DNA of 64,000 nucleotides from an uncultured Muribaculaceae bacterium (GCA_964520525.1 CAZFNR010000007.1:3968-67967), one strand, 5' to 3'; counted from the stretch's first letter, positions 18,965 to 28,742 are shown. Made by a program: numbers and translations. The notes: generated by a model not told the origin, from the sequence alone.

Positions 18965-19613
18965 TGTAGCTAAGTATATAGTTTTTAACGCCCATGAACA
19001 GTCCCACTGCTGCCATAGCCACCAACAAAAGTGCGATGATACGGTTAATCAGCCACATTGATCTGACATTAAAATGGGCGCGTACTTTGTTGACAAAAAA
19101 TGTTATGACATACCACCACGCCAATGCGCCTGCAATTATTGAAGCGTAGCCGGCAAAGTAATGGTAGTATTTGAACTCAGGTAACAGGAAATTAAACCGG
19201 GCGAACAATCCGATAATAAAAAACAAAATCAAGGGATTGGAAAACGTGAAAAGGAAGCCAGTCACAAGGTCACTCAAAAAAGTGTTACTGCTGTCATTAG
19301 CGGGTTTGAGGCTCCGTGCCGGGTTTTTCTTGAACAAATATACGCCGAATCCGATTAACACAACGCTGCCAAGTATTTGCAATAAAATTTGATTACTGTT
19401 AATAAACCCTTCGATAAATGACAAGCCAAACCCGGTCAACAGACAATAGATGAAATCAGATAATGCCGCACCTATTCCTGTAAACAATCCGGCAGCACGG
19501 CCTTTGTTTAGTGTACGCTGAATGCACAACATACCTATAGGGCCCATAGGTGCTGATATGAGGATTCCAATAAGAAATCCGCTCGTCATTATGTTGATAA
19601 ATTGGTCTATCAT
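18957..19613 (-). CDS. LysE/RhtB family amino-acid exporter
   Basis: 218 aa, multi-pass, with the LysE-type N-terminus GILISAPMGPIGMLCIQRTL. A TAACTTTG box lies 15 nt upstream. Confidence 0.8.
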   Translation of the reverse strand: MIDQFINIMTSGFLIGILISAPMGPIGMLCIQRTLNKGRAAGLFTGIGAALSDFIYCLLTGFGLSFIEGFINSNQILLQILGSVVLIGFGVYLFKKNPARSLKPANDSSNTFLSDLVTGFLFTFSNPLILFFIIGLFARFNFLLPEFKYYHYFAGYASIIAGALAWWYVITFFVNKVRAHFNVRSMWLINRIIALLLVAMAAVGLFMGVKNYILSYNG

Positions 19614-19627
19614 CGTTTAGTGAAATG

Positions 19628-19635
19628 CAAAGTTA
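19628..19635 (-). promoter_or_regulatory. candidate -7 box (TAACTTTG) for the LysE-family gene
   Basis: Exact match on the minus strand 15 nt upstream of ATG 19613, implying a very short leader. Confidence 0.4.
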
Positions 19636-19689
19636 ACACAATGCGATTTCATTACAAACCAATTGAACGATAAATTGAGTTAAAACGTT

Positions 19690-19986
19690 CTATAAAATCA
19701 ACCGCGCAAGCGAATCGTCATTCGCCTTGATGTATTCTTCAAATGCCATGATTAATGTATCGGCTACGGTGTTATAGTTGTGCTTTCTAAGCAATTGTTC
19801 GCAACTTCTCACTTCAAGCAAGAGGTATTGCATTTTCAGTGTATCGTCGTGATTTTCAACTAGCTCAGTCGCCTTTTTTCGGCCTAAATCTCTCGCTGAT
19901 GATATGCGGTTGCGTTCATCGTTGGAGGAACATGAAAGTGTAGCACAAATTAGAATAAAACCGATAGCAAAACGTATTTTTTTCAT
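19690..19986 (-). CDS. small hypothetical lipoprotein
   Basis: Internal ATG 19986 gives MKKIRFAIGFILICATLSC (signal plus lipobox Cys). It overlaps the upstream exonuclease stop (ATGA). The mature part looks helical and has no recognisable domain. Confidence 0.5.
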   Translation of the reverse strand: MKKIRFAIGFILICATLSCSSNDERNRISSARDLGRKKATELVENHDDTLKMQYLLLEVRSCEQLLRKHNYNTVADTLIMAFEEYIKANDDSLARLIL

Positions 19987-20486
19987 AACAATGACAGTGC
20001 AATTTTTGCACACGCTTCAGCATCGGCTAAAGCGTTATGATGATTATTAAACGGTATACCTAAAAAAGCACATAAAGCGGGGAGGGAAAACGATGAGCAT
20101 AGTCCGCGTGGAATAGTGCGGCGCGCCTTTTGCAAAGTACACAGAAATTCATAGTCGGGATAATCCATTTGGTATACCTTGAAAGCAGCTCTAATGCATC
20201 GTTCATCGAAAGTTTTATTGTGAGCCACAAGCGGTCTGTCGCCAATCAAGGCTGACAAGTCAGCCCATACATGGGCGAAACATCTCGCACCGGATGTATC
20301 TTTTGCCGAAATGCCGTGAACTTTATTGGTAAAGTGACTGACGAACCAATTAGGTTCAGGGGATACGAGTTCGTAAAACCTGTTAGTAATGCATCCGCTG
20401 GAGACTTGCACCGCTCCTATCGCACAAATGCTTGACGGCTCATAGTTAGCGGTCTCGACATCTATGGCAACAAAGTCATCCATCAA
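19983..20486 (-). CDS. DnaQ-like DEDDh 3'-5' exonuclease
   Basis: 167 aa with exo motifs FVAIDVETAN, VAHNKTFDERC and HHNALADAEAC. The start overlaps the ispH 3' end by 11 nt. Confidence 0.8.
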   Translation of the reverse strand: MMDDFVAIDVETANYEPSSICAIGAVQVSSGCITNRFYELVSPEPNWFVSHFTNKVHGISAKDTSGARCFAHVWADLSALIGDRPLVAHNKTFDERCIRAAFKVYQMDYPDYEFLCTLQKARRTIPRGLCSSFSLPALCAFLGIPFNNHHNALADAEACAKIALSLL

Positions 20487-21348
20487 TCGAATACAGATTA
20501 GATACCATATCGCTTATCTGCTCCATAAGCCAGCGGGGAGTGGAAGTGGCACCGCAGATGCCCACACTTTTTACGCCGTCAATCCATGCGGGATTAATTT
20601 CTGATGCATTTGACACCAAATAAGTGTTTGGGTTAACATCACGGCATTGAGCGAATAGGATTTTGCCATTACTGCTTTTTTCCCCACTCACAAAGAGAAT
20701 GAGCTCATGTGACGCGGCGAAATCGCGCAACCCCGACACCCTATTCGCAACTTGGCGGCAAATGGTGTCATAACTGTTGAACGAAGCACCCGAGACTAAC
20801 CGACGGCTTATTGATTCAATTATTAATCTGAATCCTTCAAGCGATTTAGTGGTCTGGGAATATAAAGCAATATCTTTTGAAAAATCTATTTTATTCAAAT
20901 CATCATGGTTTTCAACCACGATAGCCTCTCCATTCGTCTGGCCGACCAATCCATTGACTTCGGCATGCCCGATTTTGCCATATATTACGATTTGAGGACG
21001 CGGTGATTGCGCATCGAAAGTCTGCTTTATGCGACGTTGCAATTGCAACACCACCGGGCAGGTGGCATCGATAATCTTTATATTGTTGCGCCGAGCAAGT
21101 TCGTAGGTCGAGGGAGGCTCGCCATGAGCTCTTAAAAGCACTTTTACGTCATGGAGCCGCTTCATATCGTCATGCGTGATTGTAACAAGCCCCTTGTCGC
21201 GGAGCCGCTGCACTTCATCACTGTTGTGCACTATATCACCGAGACAATAAAGTTTCCCAGATTTGGCTAATTCTTCTTCAGCTTTATTTATTGCGGTGAC
21301 TACTCCGAAACAAAAACCCGAATTATGGTCAATCTCAATAGTCGGCAT
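20476..21348 (-). CDS. ispH: 4-hydroxy-3-methylbut-2-enyl diphosphate reductase
   Basis: 290 aa with the three Fe-S cysteine contexts GFCFGV, ATCPVV and DTICRQV. Confidence 0.95.
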   Translation of the reverse strand: MPTIEIDHNSGFCFGVVTAINKAEEELAKSGKLYCLGDIVHNSDEVQRLRDKGLVTITHDDMKRLHDVKVLLRAHGEPPSTYELARRNNIKIIDATCPVVLQLQRRIKQTFDAQSPRPQIVIYGKIGHAEVNGLVGQTNGEAIVVENHDDLNKIDFSKDIALYSQTTKSLEGFRLIIESISRRLVSGASFNSYDTICRQVANRVSGLRDFAASHELILFVSGEKSSNGKILFAQCRDVNPNTYLVSNASEINPAWIDGVKSVGICGATSTPRWLMEQISDMVSNLYSIDG

Positions 21349-21354
21349 ACGGTT

Positions 21355-22068
21355 TTAAAGCGTTGAGACAACTTGATTGAACCGAGAAAGTAACCACTCG
21401 TTCTGTTGTTGAAGCGACATATCCGAGTTATCGAGCGCAATAGCATCGTCAGCCCTGCGAAGCGGGCTTTCCTTGCGAGTCTCATCGATATGGTCGCGGC
21501 TTACTACATTATCAAGGACTTCTTCAAATGACACGGTTTCCCCTTTTTGCAGGAGTTCGTTGTATCTGCGTTCTGCTCTCGTTCGCGCCGGTGCGTTAAC
21601 AAAAATTTTCAATTCAGCATCCGGGAACACCACAGTGCCTATGTCGCGGCCATCCATCACTATCCTTTTATCTTTGCCAAGAGCCTGCTGCATGGCGACC
21701 AATGCACGTCTAACTTGTGGTATAGCCGCCACCGGGGAGACATTTGAAGATACATCCATCTGCCTTATTTGTTTCTCGACATCTTCGCCATTCAATAGTG
21801 TGTTTTGTCCGTCTTGACCAACAGCGAAATCTATTTTTATATCGGGCAACGCTGACACAAGTTTATCTGTATCAACAACACCGCTATCAGAAATCATGCC
21901 TTGTTTCATCGCATATAGGGTGACAGCGCGATACATCGCTCCCGAATCGATATATCGGTAACCGATGCTCTTGGCTAAAGCCCGAGCCATGGTGCTTTTG
22001 CCCGATGAGGAATACCCGTCAATCGCTATTATTATGTTTGAGGTTGTTAAAGCCATATTATTAACCAT
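21355..22068 (-). CDS. cmk: cytidylate kinase
   Basis: P-loop IAIDGYSSSGKST and full-length Cmk-like sequence. Confidence 0.95.
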   Translation of the reverse strand: MVNNMALTTSNIIIAIDGYSSSGKSTMARALAKSIGYRYIDSGAMYRAVTLYAMKQGMISDSGVVDTDKLVSALPDIKIDFAVGQDGQNTLLNGEDVEKQIRQMDVSSNVSPVAAIPQVRRALVAMQQALGKDKRIVMDGRDIGTVVFPDAELKIFVNAPARTRAERRYNELLQKGETVSFEEVLDNVVSRDHIDETRKESPLRRADDAIALDNSDMSLQQQNEWLLSRFNQVVSTL

Positions 22069-22070
22069 GA

Positions 22071-23090
22071 TTAGTTTAGAATATCAGCAAGATTTAGATT
22101 CAGATTCAGCATGAATGTGGTCGCTCCGGTGTGGGGTTGGGCAAGCGCCAGACCAACGCCAAAACGATTTACATTCAGCCCGGCTCCGAGAGAGAATCCT
22201 GATACGAAACTTCGTGAATATGTATTCATATCAGTCCGTGTCTTGTAATTATACCCAAGTGCCAAATAAAATCGGTCGTTAGGCGTGAAATCAAGGCCGA
22301 AAATGAGATGACGGAATAGATTAGAGCTGAAAGAGTCTTTTATTTGGGGCTCGCTCCCAACAGAGCCGTCTCCACCATCATAGTAAGGTAAACTCCATTT
22401 CGTAAGATTCCAAGCTGTGACAGAGAATCTCAACGGTAATGAACCAAACGATTTAGTCCAACCGATACGAACATCAATAGGCAGCCTATCGTATGACTCG
22501 TTAAACCGTTTTATCTGACCGCCAAGGTTGGCTACCACCAATGAAAGCGACAAATCCCTATCAGAATCATAATAGTTGATACCGAGATCGGTCGCAAGTG
22601 CCATTGCCGTGTATTCCTCATAGGAGCTATATACATATTTTACAGCGATACCTCCCCGCAGACGATCGGTGATATCGTGTGAGTAGCTGCCGTTGAACAC
22701 TACATCTTTTGCTGAAAATTCGCCAAGGATATTCCCTCCTTCATCGGTGTGGGTCATATTTCCATAGCCGAAATATTGAATACCCGCTGACCATGCCGCG
22801 CGTTCCCCGGCGCTATGGGAAAATTTAAACCCTGCGAAATTGGAATCACCAACGTAGCGCATATAGTTGACAACCGTCTGCATCGTCATTTCAGGTCCAA
22901 GCAAGGCCGGATTCTGGTCTGTGATGCTGACATCGTCCTCAATCGTTGTTATATTTACGCCGCCAAGCCCATATATTCGGCTTGACGAAGTGTGATTTAA
23001 AAAGTTATAGGCCGTTGAGCCGTCTTGCGCCTGTATGTTTGAAGCGCACAATAATGGCAAGGCGAATATTATGGTCTTGAGTCTGTTCAT
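22071..23090 (-). CDS. porQ: type IX secretion system outer-membrane protein PorQ-like
   Basis: Internal ATG 23090 gives the signal peptide MNRLKTIIFALPLLCASNIQAQ. The N-terminal region reads STAYNFLNHTSSSRIYGLGGVNITTIEDDVSITDQNPALL, and the rest has a beta-barrel-like alternating pattern. It sits directly upstream of cmk-ispH, as I recall for P. gingivalis porQ. Confidence 0.6.
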   Translation of the reverse strand: MNRLKTIIFALPLLCASNIQAQDGSTAYNFLNHTSSSRIYGLGGVNITTIEDDVSITDQNPALLGPEMTMQTVVNYMRYVGDSNFAGFKFSHSAGERAAWSAGIQYFGYGNMTHTDEGGNILGEFSAKDVVFNGSYSHDITDRLRGGIAVKYVYSSYEEYTAMALATDLGINYYDSDRDLSLSLVVANLGGQIKRFNESYDRLPIDVRIGWTKSFGSLPLRFSVTAWNLTKWSLPYYDGGDGSVGSEPQIKDSFSSNLFRHLIFGLDFTPNDRFYLALGYNYKTRTDMNTYSRSFVSGFSLGAGLNVNRFGVGLALAQPHTGATTFMLNLNLNLADILN

Positions 23091-23294
23091 TGTAAAAATA
23101 TCGCACACAGCGAAATGCCGGCACATGGTCGGCATATTTAACAAATTAATAACGGAGAATAACCGTGTCGTATTATAATCGCAAGCGAATTTTTATCTGA
23201 AATCAAGCCGTTGCTCAAATTGTAAACAAAGAATAAACAATAATAATCATTCCCAAAATGGCACGAAGACTTTTGTCTTAAAAATTACAAGATA

Positions 23295-23302
23295 CTATAT
23301 TT
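23295..23302 (+). promoter_or_regulatory. candidate -7 box (TATATTTG) for the TonB-C gene
   Basis: Exact TAnnTTTG match 100 nt upstream of ATG 23402. Confidence 0.35.
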
Positions 23303-23401
23303 GTCACAAAATTCGTAGTCTTATAAAGCAGATGACGAACTGAAAACTCAGATTATTAACTCTCCCGACATAAAGCACCGCGATAAGGAAACTTTAGCAT
23401 T

Positions 23402-23854
23402 ATGACTATAAATCTTTGCCGTCGTTCAATACTGATAACTTTCACAGTCGCAACCGTTCTCTCCATGAATGGACAGGCAAGGTGCGTCGCCTCCTGCTAT
23501 CCGGAATCTCAAACGTCTTGTCCGTCATCGGCGCCAGAGATATACGAGTATGACATTGTCGACGTGCAGCCGCAGTTTCCAGGTGGAGATTTAGAATTGA
23601 TAAAATATATCAACAATTCCAGACGTTATCCTGCCGATGCATATACCAAAGGCATACAAGGGCGCGTAATGTGCAGCTTCATCGTCAACCCTGATGGATC
23701 AATAAGTAACATCCGTATTGTCAAGGGGGTTGAGCATAGCCTTAACAGAGAGGCCGTCCGCCTAATCAGCGAGATGCCCAAATGGGAGGCAGGCAAAGTT
23801 AACAAAGAAAATGTACCGGTTCACTGCCTGCTCCCGATTCCGTTCAGGCTCTAA
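23402..23854 (+). CDS. secreted TonB C-terminal domain protein
   Basis: 150 aa. It has the TonB_C signature VQPQFPGG ... YPADAYTKGIQGRVMCSFIVNPDGSISNIRIVKG and an N-terminal hydrophobic signal. No Pro-rich spacer is present. Confidence 0.75.
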   Translation: MTINLCRRSILITFTVATVLSMNGQARCVASCYPESQTSCPSSAPEIYEYDIVDVQPQFPGGDLELIKYINNSRRYPADAYTKGIQGRVMCSFIVNPDGSISNIRIVKGVEHSLNREAVRLISEMPKWEAGKVNKENVPVHCLLPIPFRL

Positions 23855-24174
23855 TTGTGCCGGAGGATAGGGTAGGCGATAGTGGCCAAAAGTCCGAAAG
23901 TCATCACAATCAGAACGCCCCCCATCGCTAATGAGCCATATGTAAGCGATTCTTCCGTATTAAAACGGTTCCAAAGCCATAACCATCCCGAAATAAGAAT
24001 AAATATAGAGAATACGAAGCTAATTAGTTCTGGGCGTGAAAAAGTCGGCTTTCGTTTTTCAGGCAGACGGTTCATCACCTTTTTAACAAACCATTCATCC
24101 TTACGCTCTATTGGTAAATCCCGTTTTATGAGACTTCTTAATGTATCGTCGATATTATCAATGTTTTTGCTCAT
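23851..24174 (-). CDS. putative membrane anti-sigma factor (small, non-ZAS)
   Basis: 107 aa, 30 nt downstream of the ECF sigma gene. It has a charged N-terminus and then two hydrophobic helices (LISFVFSIFILISGWLWLW, GGVLIVMTFGLLATIAYPIL). The call rests on position and topology only. Confidence 0.4.
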   Translation of the reverse strand: MSKNIDNIDDTLRSLIKRDLPIERKDEWFVKKVMNRLPEKRKPTFSRPELISFVFSIFILISGWLWLWNRFNTEESLTYGSLAMGGVLIVMTFGLLATIAYPILRHN

Positions 24175-24204
24175 AATATATGATATGTTAACGGTATGAG
24201 GTGT

Positions 24205-24735
24205 TTATTGTTGCATCAACCGCACCATTTTATTCCTAGCGCGGCTAAGATAGGATTTGATTGTTCCGGTAGGCATACCGGTAATTTTCGCTATTTTGTC
24301 GATGGGCTGGTCTTCAAGATAGAATAAAAGCACCACCGACCGTTCTTTCTCAGTTAAATATTTCAAGCAGGTTCCCACATCGATGCGCGCATTAGTGGCT
24401 GAGTGTTCTGAACGCTCATCAATCATCGGAATAGTTTCAATTTCCTGATTACTTTCTCTAATCTTACGGTTATATGACAAGAATTCGTTGTAGGCTATCT
24501 TGTATAGCCAAGTTTTAAATTTTGAGATACCTTTAAAAGTCCTTATGGACAGATATGCTTTTAAAAACGTCTCTTGCGCAAGATCGTCAGTGAGCGAGGC
24601 ATCATTCAATGTCAAGTTCAGAAGGAACCTTCGTAACCCATCTTCATAGGCCACGACCAATCGCCCGAACGCTTCACGGCTATCGCCGGCTACGCAACGG
24701 GCAATCAGGCTAAGTTCTTCAATCTTACTAATCAT
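24205..24735 (-). CDS. ECF-type sigma-70 family RNA polymerase sigma factor
   Basis: 176 aa with region 2 (FKTWLYKIAYNEF) and a region 4 HTH (DKIAKITGMPTGTIKSYLSRAR). Confidence 0.9.
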   Translation of the reverse strand: MISKIEELSLIARCVAGDSREAFGRLVVAYEDGLRRFLLNLTLNDASLTDDLAQETFLKAYLSIRTFKGISKFKTWLYKIAYNEFLSYNRKIRESNQEIETIPMIDERSEHSATNARIDVGTCLKYLTEKERSVVLLFYLEDQPIDKIAKITGMPTGTIKSYLSRARNKMVRLMQQ

Positions 24736-25438
24736 TGCTGATGTCGCGAACGGATATACTGTTGTCTTTTTCTGAAGAATAGTAGGTTACCAGCTTACCG
24801 GCACCGATTACCGCAGGAATAAGACACAAGACTCCTACAACGGGAAGGCTAAAGAATATCGAGAATGAAATGCACAGCAGCACACCTACACCAATATTCC
24901 GTATCCCAGCCTGCAACAACTGCGGGTTGCGTCGCTTATCGGAATGAGAATGGCTATTATAGAATGCTTCAGGTAACTGATAGCCTGATTCAATGGCTTG
25001 CTGTATCACTGCGTTACGGTTACGGTTGCGTTTGTAGACAAACACAAGAATCGCTATGATTATCAATAGGAAAGTTATACAAGGAACAGCAAAAACCATT
25101 ATTATCGCCAAAGCGGGGATGAAATCCGAATTTTCAAAAATATCTGCGGCGTTTTCAGACGGAATATCAACATAGACATTGATGACGGGAGACTGTGTAG
25201 CCGTTGAGGCACTGTCTTTTACAATGGTAACATTGTCATCATTCCCTACATTTTTTTCATGAATTTTTGAGACTTGAGTGGATTCATTGATTGATTGTCC
25301 TACTGCTTTTGTCAGTTCGGTTTTTAATTTATCTACGTCAATACGATTGTCAGTAACCGATTTCTCTCGAGCGCAACTCGTGACCCCGATAGCGACCAAT
25401 GTTGCGAAAGATAACATGATAATTTTGACTGATTTCAT
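24728..25438 (-). CDS. lipoprotein-like membrane protein with DUF6249-like C-terminal domain
   Basis: Signal plus Cys (LVAIGVTSC). The C-terminal half has TM helices flanking KRNRNRNAVIQQAIESGYQLPEAFY, the pattern I associate with DUF6249. It overlaps the sigma gene by 8 nt. Confidence 0.45.
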   Translation of the reverse strand: MKSVKIIMLSFATLVAIGVTSCAREKSVTDNRIDVDKLKTELTKAVGQSINESTQVSKIHEKNVGNDDNVTIVKDSASTATQSPVINVYVDIPSENAADIFENSDFIPALAIIMVFAVPCITFLLIIIAILVFVYKRNRNRNAVIQQAIESGYQLPEAFYNSHSHSDKRRNPQLLQAGIRNIGVGVLLCISFSIFFSLPVVGVLCLIPAVIGAGKLVTYYSSEKDNSISVRDISND

Positions 25439-25513
25439 ATAAATAGTATTTTAATTGTTTTAATTCTTAGATGCGCAGTGTCGGATAAAAGTTGCAAAGT
25501 AAATAAAATTTAA

Positions 25514-25545
25514 AGCCGCAGGCTAAATTTGATTGGGCTGCGGCT
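25514..25545 (-). terminator. terminator of the RND efflux operon
   Basis: 8-bp stem agccgcag/ctgcggct starts 14 nt after the RND stop. On the minus strand it is followed by TTAAATTTTATTT. Confidence 0.6.
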
Positions 25546-25558
25546 AAAAAAGTTATTT

Positions 25559-28500
25559 CTATGATCGGGGAGAATCTTTATCCGTTGGAGCCGGGGGAGC
25601 GTCGGCTTTGGTAGCAAATACTTTCGATAGGTATTTTTCATGTAATTTCTCAAGCAATTCCCAAAAATTAGGGACAAACAAGGTACCGACAATAGCATTT
25701 ACCGCCATACCGAAAACGACAGCCGTACCGAGCGATAGACGGCTTTCTGCTCCCGCACCTGTCGCGAATAACATCGGCATGACACCAAATATGAAAGCCA
25801 GTGCCGTCATCATAATAGGCCTAAACCTTATTTCTCCGGCGTTAAGTGCTGATTTCCTGATTGACATACCAGATTTTCGGAAATCAACAGCGTACTCTAC
25901 AATAAGTATGGCATTTTTCGCAGATAAGCCTAACAGTAGGATTATACCAATTTGAGTATACATACTTATTGACTGAGACATAAACATACACCCTATGATG
26001 GTGCCTAAAATAGCTGTAGGCATTGAGATGACAACCGCTATTGAATCAGTCCAACTTTCATATTGTGCCGACAAAACAAGAATCGTAATTATAACGGCAA
26101 ACAATAGTACCATAGTTATGGTTGTTCCCGACTGTGTCTCTTGATAGGCTTCTCCGGTCCAAGCATAAGAATAATTCGCTCCAAGCGATTCATCGACTAT
26201 ACGCTCCATCTCATTAATCGCATTGCTTGTACTAACTCCATTTCCTGCTGTTGCTGTAATAGAGGCTGTATTATACATATTGTAACGGTTGACTGTCGCT
26301 TGACCCATCGACGGCTCTACGGATGAAAATGAGGCGAAAGGCACCATTTCGCCCTCTGAGTTTTTAACACTGAGTTTCATCACATCGTCAATATGGCTTC
26401 GCGAGGCTGCTTCGGCTCCTATATTGACCTGATACACGCGTCCAAATTCGACGAAGTCATTTACATATGCACCACCCATGTATGAGGCCAATGAAGAGAA
26501 TACAGAACTCAACGACAGCCCTTGCATCTCTACCTTATCTCGGTCTATATTTAACTGGTATTGCGGGACCTCTCCTTCATATAGCGTAGTCACTGACTTT
26601 ATTTTGTCATTTTCAGCAACAGACATCTGAATCTCCTTTATTGCCTGGGACATCTCCTTAGGCCCGAGATTATTTATGTCAAGCAATTGCATCTGTAGCC
26701 CTGATGTTAACCCAAGTCCGGGAATAGCCGGAGGATTCAATGAAAATACCACGGCCTCCTGGATATCGGCCGTCATTTCGTTGACTTTATCGACAACCGT
26801 GAATACACTGCGAGCACTCCCTTTGCGTTTATCCCATGGTTTCAAAACGACAAACATCGAACCGAGATTACTCCCCGAGCCACCATCCATAAACGACATA
26901 CCCGAAATTGAAATCACATTCTCCACTTCTGGTAGAGTTCTAATCATGCAGCTTACGTCCTTCACTATTTTGTCGGTTCGTTCAAGTGAAGCCCCGGCAG
27001 GAAGTTGTATTGATGTCAGAAAATAGCCCATATCCTCTTCAGGCACATATGAAGTCGGCCATTTCATAAATCCCCAAAATGCTGCGATGCACAACGCCAA
27101 ATAAATGGAAATCGCGACAAGCGGACGCTTCAAAAATCTCCCGACTATGGCCATATAACATTTTAATGACGCTGAAAACCCATAATTAAACCACCGATAG
27201 ATAACGGAACTACTCTGTTTACTCGGTTTGAGAAATAGTGAGCACATTGCAGGCGTGAAAGTCAAAGCGTTAAAGCCGGAAAAAGCGGTAGAGACGGCAA
27301 TTGTCACTGCGAACTGTTTATATAGCTCTCCGGTGATTCCACTGATAAAAGCTGTTGGAATAAATACTGACAAGAGCACCAAGACTTCACCGATGACAGG
27401 ACTCTGCAATTCGACCATTGCTTTTTCGGCCGCCTGTTTCGATGTCATGATTCGTTTGTCGACAAGACGGGCGCAATCTTCCACCACGACAATCGCATCG
27501 TCCACGACAATCGCAATCGCAAGCACAAGACCAAATAACGTCAAAGTGTTAATTGTGAATCCCATCAGCTTCATCACTGCGAATGTAGTTATCAGAGACA
27601 CAGGAATAGTCAGCATAGGGATTATTACTGCTCTCCAACTCTGAAGAAACAATAATATGACAAACATCACTATTAGGGTGGTTTCTACAAATGTCACAAT
27701 AACTTCATCAATTGATGCTGTCACAAAACTTGTCGTATCCATTATGACATTATAGCGTACACCTACGGGGAAATATGGCTCAAGGTCGGCTAATTTAGCT
27801 TTAACTCGATTAGCGACTTCAAGAGCATTGGCCCCAGGCAATTGATAAACGCCTATAAGTCCGGCATCTTTTCCAGAAACGTGCGATATATTACCATAAC
27901 TTTCACTGCCAAGTTCGATTTTAGCCACATCTCGTAGTCTGAGAATACTACCATCGGGATTAGTTCGCAATACGATGTCACCGAATTGACCAGGCGATTT
28001 CAGACGTCCGAGTGATGTCAGTGTAAACTGAAACTCTTCTTTTGTAGTCTGAGGAGCGGCTCCGACACTGCCTGCTGACACCTCCATATTTTGTGATTCA
28101 ATCGCAGCAATTACATCTTGCGGAGTCAATCCTCTGACTCTCATCAACTCCGGATCAAGCCAAACCCTCATGCTATACTCACCGGCACCGAACGCACTCA
28201 CTCTTCCCACTCCGTCAAGTCGGGCAAGTTCGTCCACGATATTGAGCTTTGCATAGTTTGTTAGATACAAAGCGTCATATCTATCTGTTGAATCGCCTTC
28301 AAGCGCAATAAAAAGAATGATATTGGTCGATTGAGACATAACAGATATGCCTTGCTGTTTTACGGCTGATGGCAGACTCGCTTCGGCCAACGCAATACGG
28401 TTTTGCACTTTGACTGTAGCCATATCAAGATTTGTGCCAATTTCAAACGTGATTGTAAGGTTGTAACTTCCATCACTTCCGGAACTTGAACTCATATACA

Positions 28501-28729
28501 TCATTCCTTCGACGCCATTGACCTGTTCCTCGATAGGTACTCCTATAGTTTCTGCTACGGTTTCAGCATCGGCACCGGGATACATGGCTGAGACTCGAAC
28601 CGTCGGAGGAGTTATGTCCGGATATTGAGAAACCGGCAGATTATATACTGTCAACAGGCCGGCCAAGACCATTAATAACGCAATGACTGTCGCAAATATG
28701 GGTCTGTCTATGAAAAATTTAGAAAACAT
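25559..28729 (-). CDS. RND multidrug efflux transporter permease (AcrB/HAE1 family)
   Basis: 1056 aa with the typical AcrB N-terminus MFSKFFIDRPIFATVIALLMVLAG, 12-TM architecture and two large periplasmic loops. Confidence 0.95.
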   Translation of the reverse strand: MFSKFFIDRPIFATVIALLMVLAGLLTVYNLPVSQYPDITPPTVRVSAMYPGADAETVAETIGVPIEEQVNGVEGMMYMSSSSGSDGSYNLTITFEIGTNLDMATVKVQNRIALAEASLPSAVKQQGISVMSQSTNIILFIALEGDSTDRYDALYLTNYAKLNIVDELARLDGVGRVSAFGAGEYSMRVWLDPELMRVRGLTPQDVIAAIESQNMEVSAGSVGAAPQTTKEEFQFTLTSLGRLKSPGQFGDIVLRTNPDGSILRLRDVAKIELGSESYGNISHVSGKDAGLIGVYQLPGANALEVANRVKAKLADLEPYFPVGVRYNVIMDTTSFVTASIDEVIVTFVETTLIVMFVILLFLQSWRAVIIPMLTIPVSLITTFAVMKLMGFTINTLTLFGLVLAIAIVVDDAIVVVEDCARLVDKRIMTSKQAAEKAMVELQSPVIGEVLVLLSVFIPTAFISGITGELYKQFAVTIAVSTAFSGFNALTFTPAMCSLFLKPSKQSSSVIYRWFNYGFSASLKCYMAIVGRFLKRPLVAISIYLALCIAAFWGFMKWPTSYVPEEDMGYFLTSIQLPAGASLERTDKIVKDVSCMIRTLPEVENVISISGMSFMDGGSGSNLGSMFVVLKPWDKRKGSARSVFTVVDKVNEMTADIQEAVVFSLNPPAIPGLGLTSGLQMQLLDINNLGPKEMSQAIKEIQMSVAENDKIKSVTTLYEGEVPQYQLNIDRDKVEMQGLSLSSVFSSLASYMGGAYVNDFVEFGRVYQVNIGAEAASRSHIDDVMKLSVKNSEGEMVPFASFSSVEPSMGQATVNRYNMYNTASITATAGNGVSTSNAINEMERIVDESLGANYSYAWTGEAYQETQSGTTITMVLLFAVIITILVLSAQYESWTDSIAVVISMPTAILGTIIGCMFMSQSISMYTQIGIILLLGLSAKNAILIVEYAVDFRKSGMSIRKSALNAGEIRFRPIMMTALAFIFGVMPMLFATGAGAESRLSLGTAVVFGMAVNAIVGTLFVPNFWELLEKLHEKYLSKVFATKADAPPAPTDKDSPRS

Positions 28730-28742
28730 ATGGGCAGAGTGG

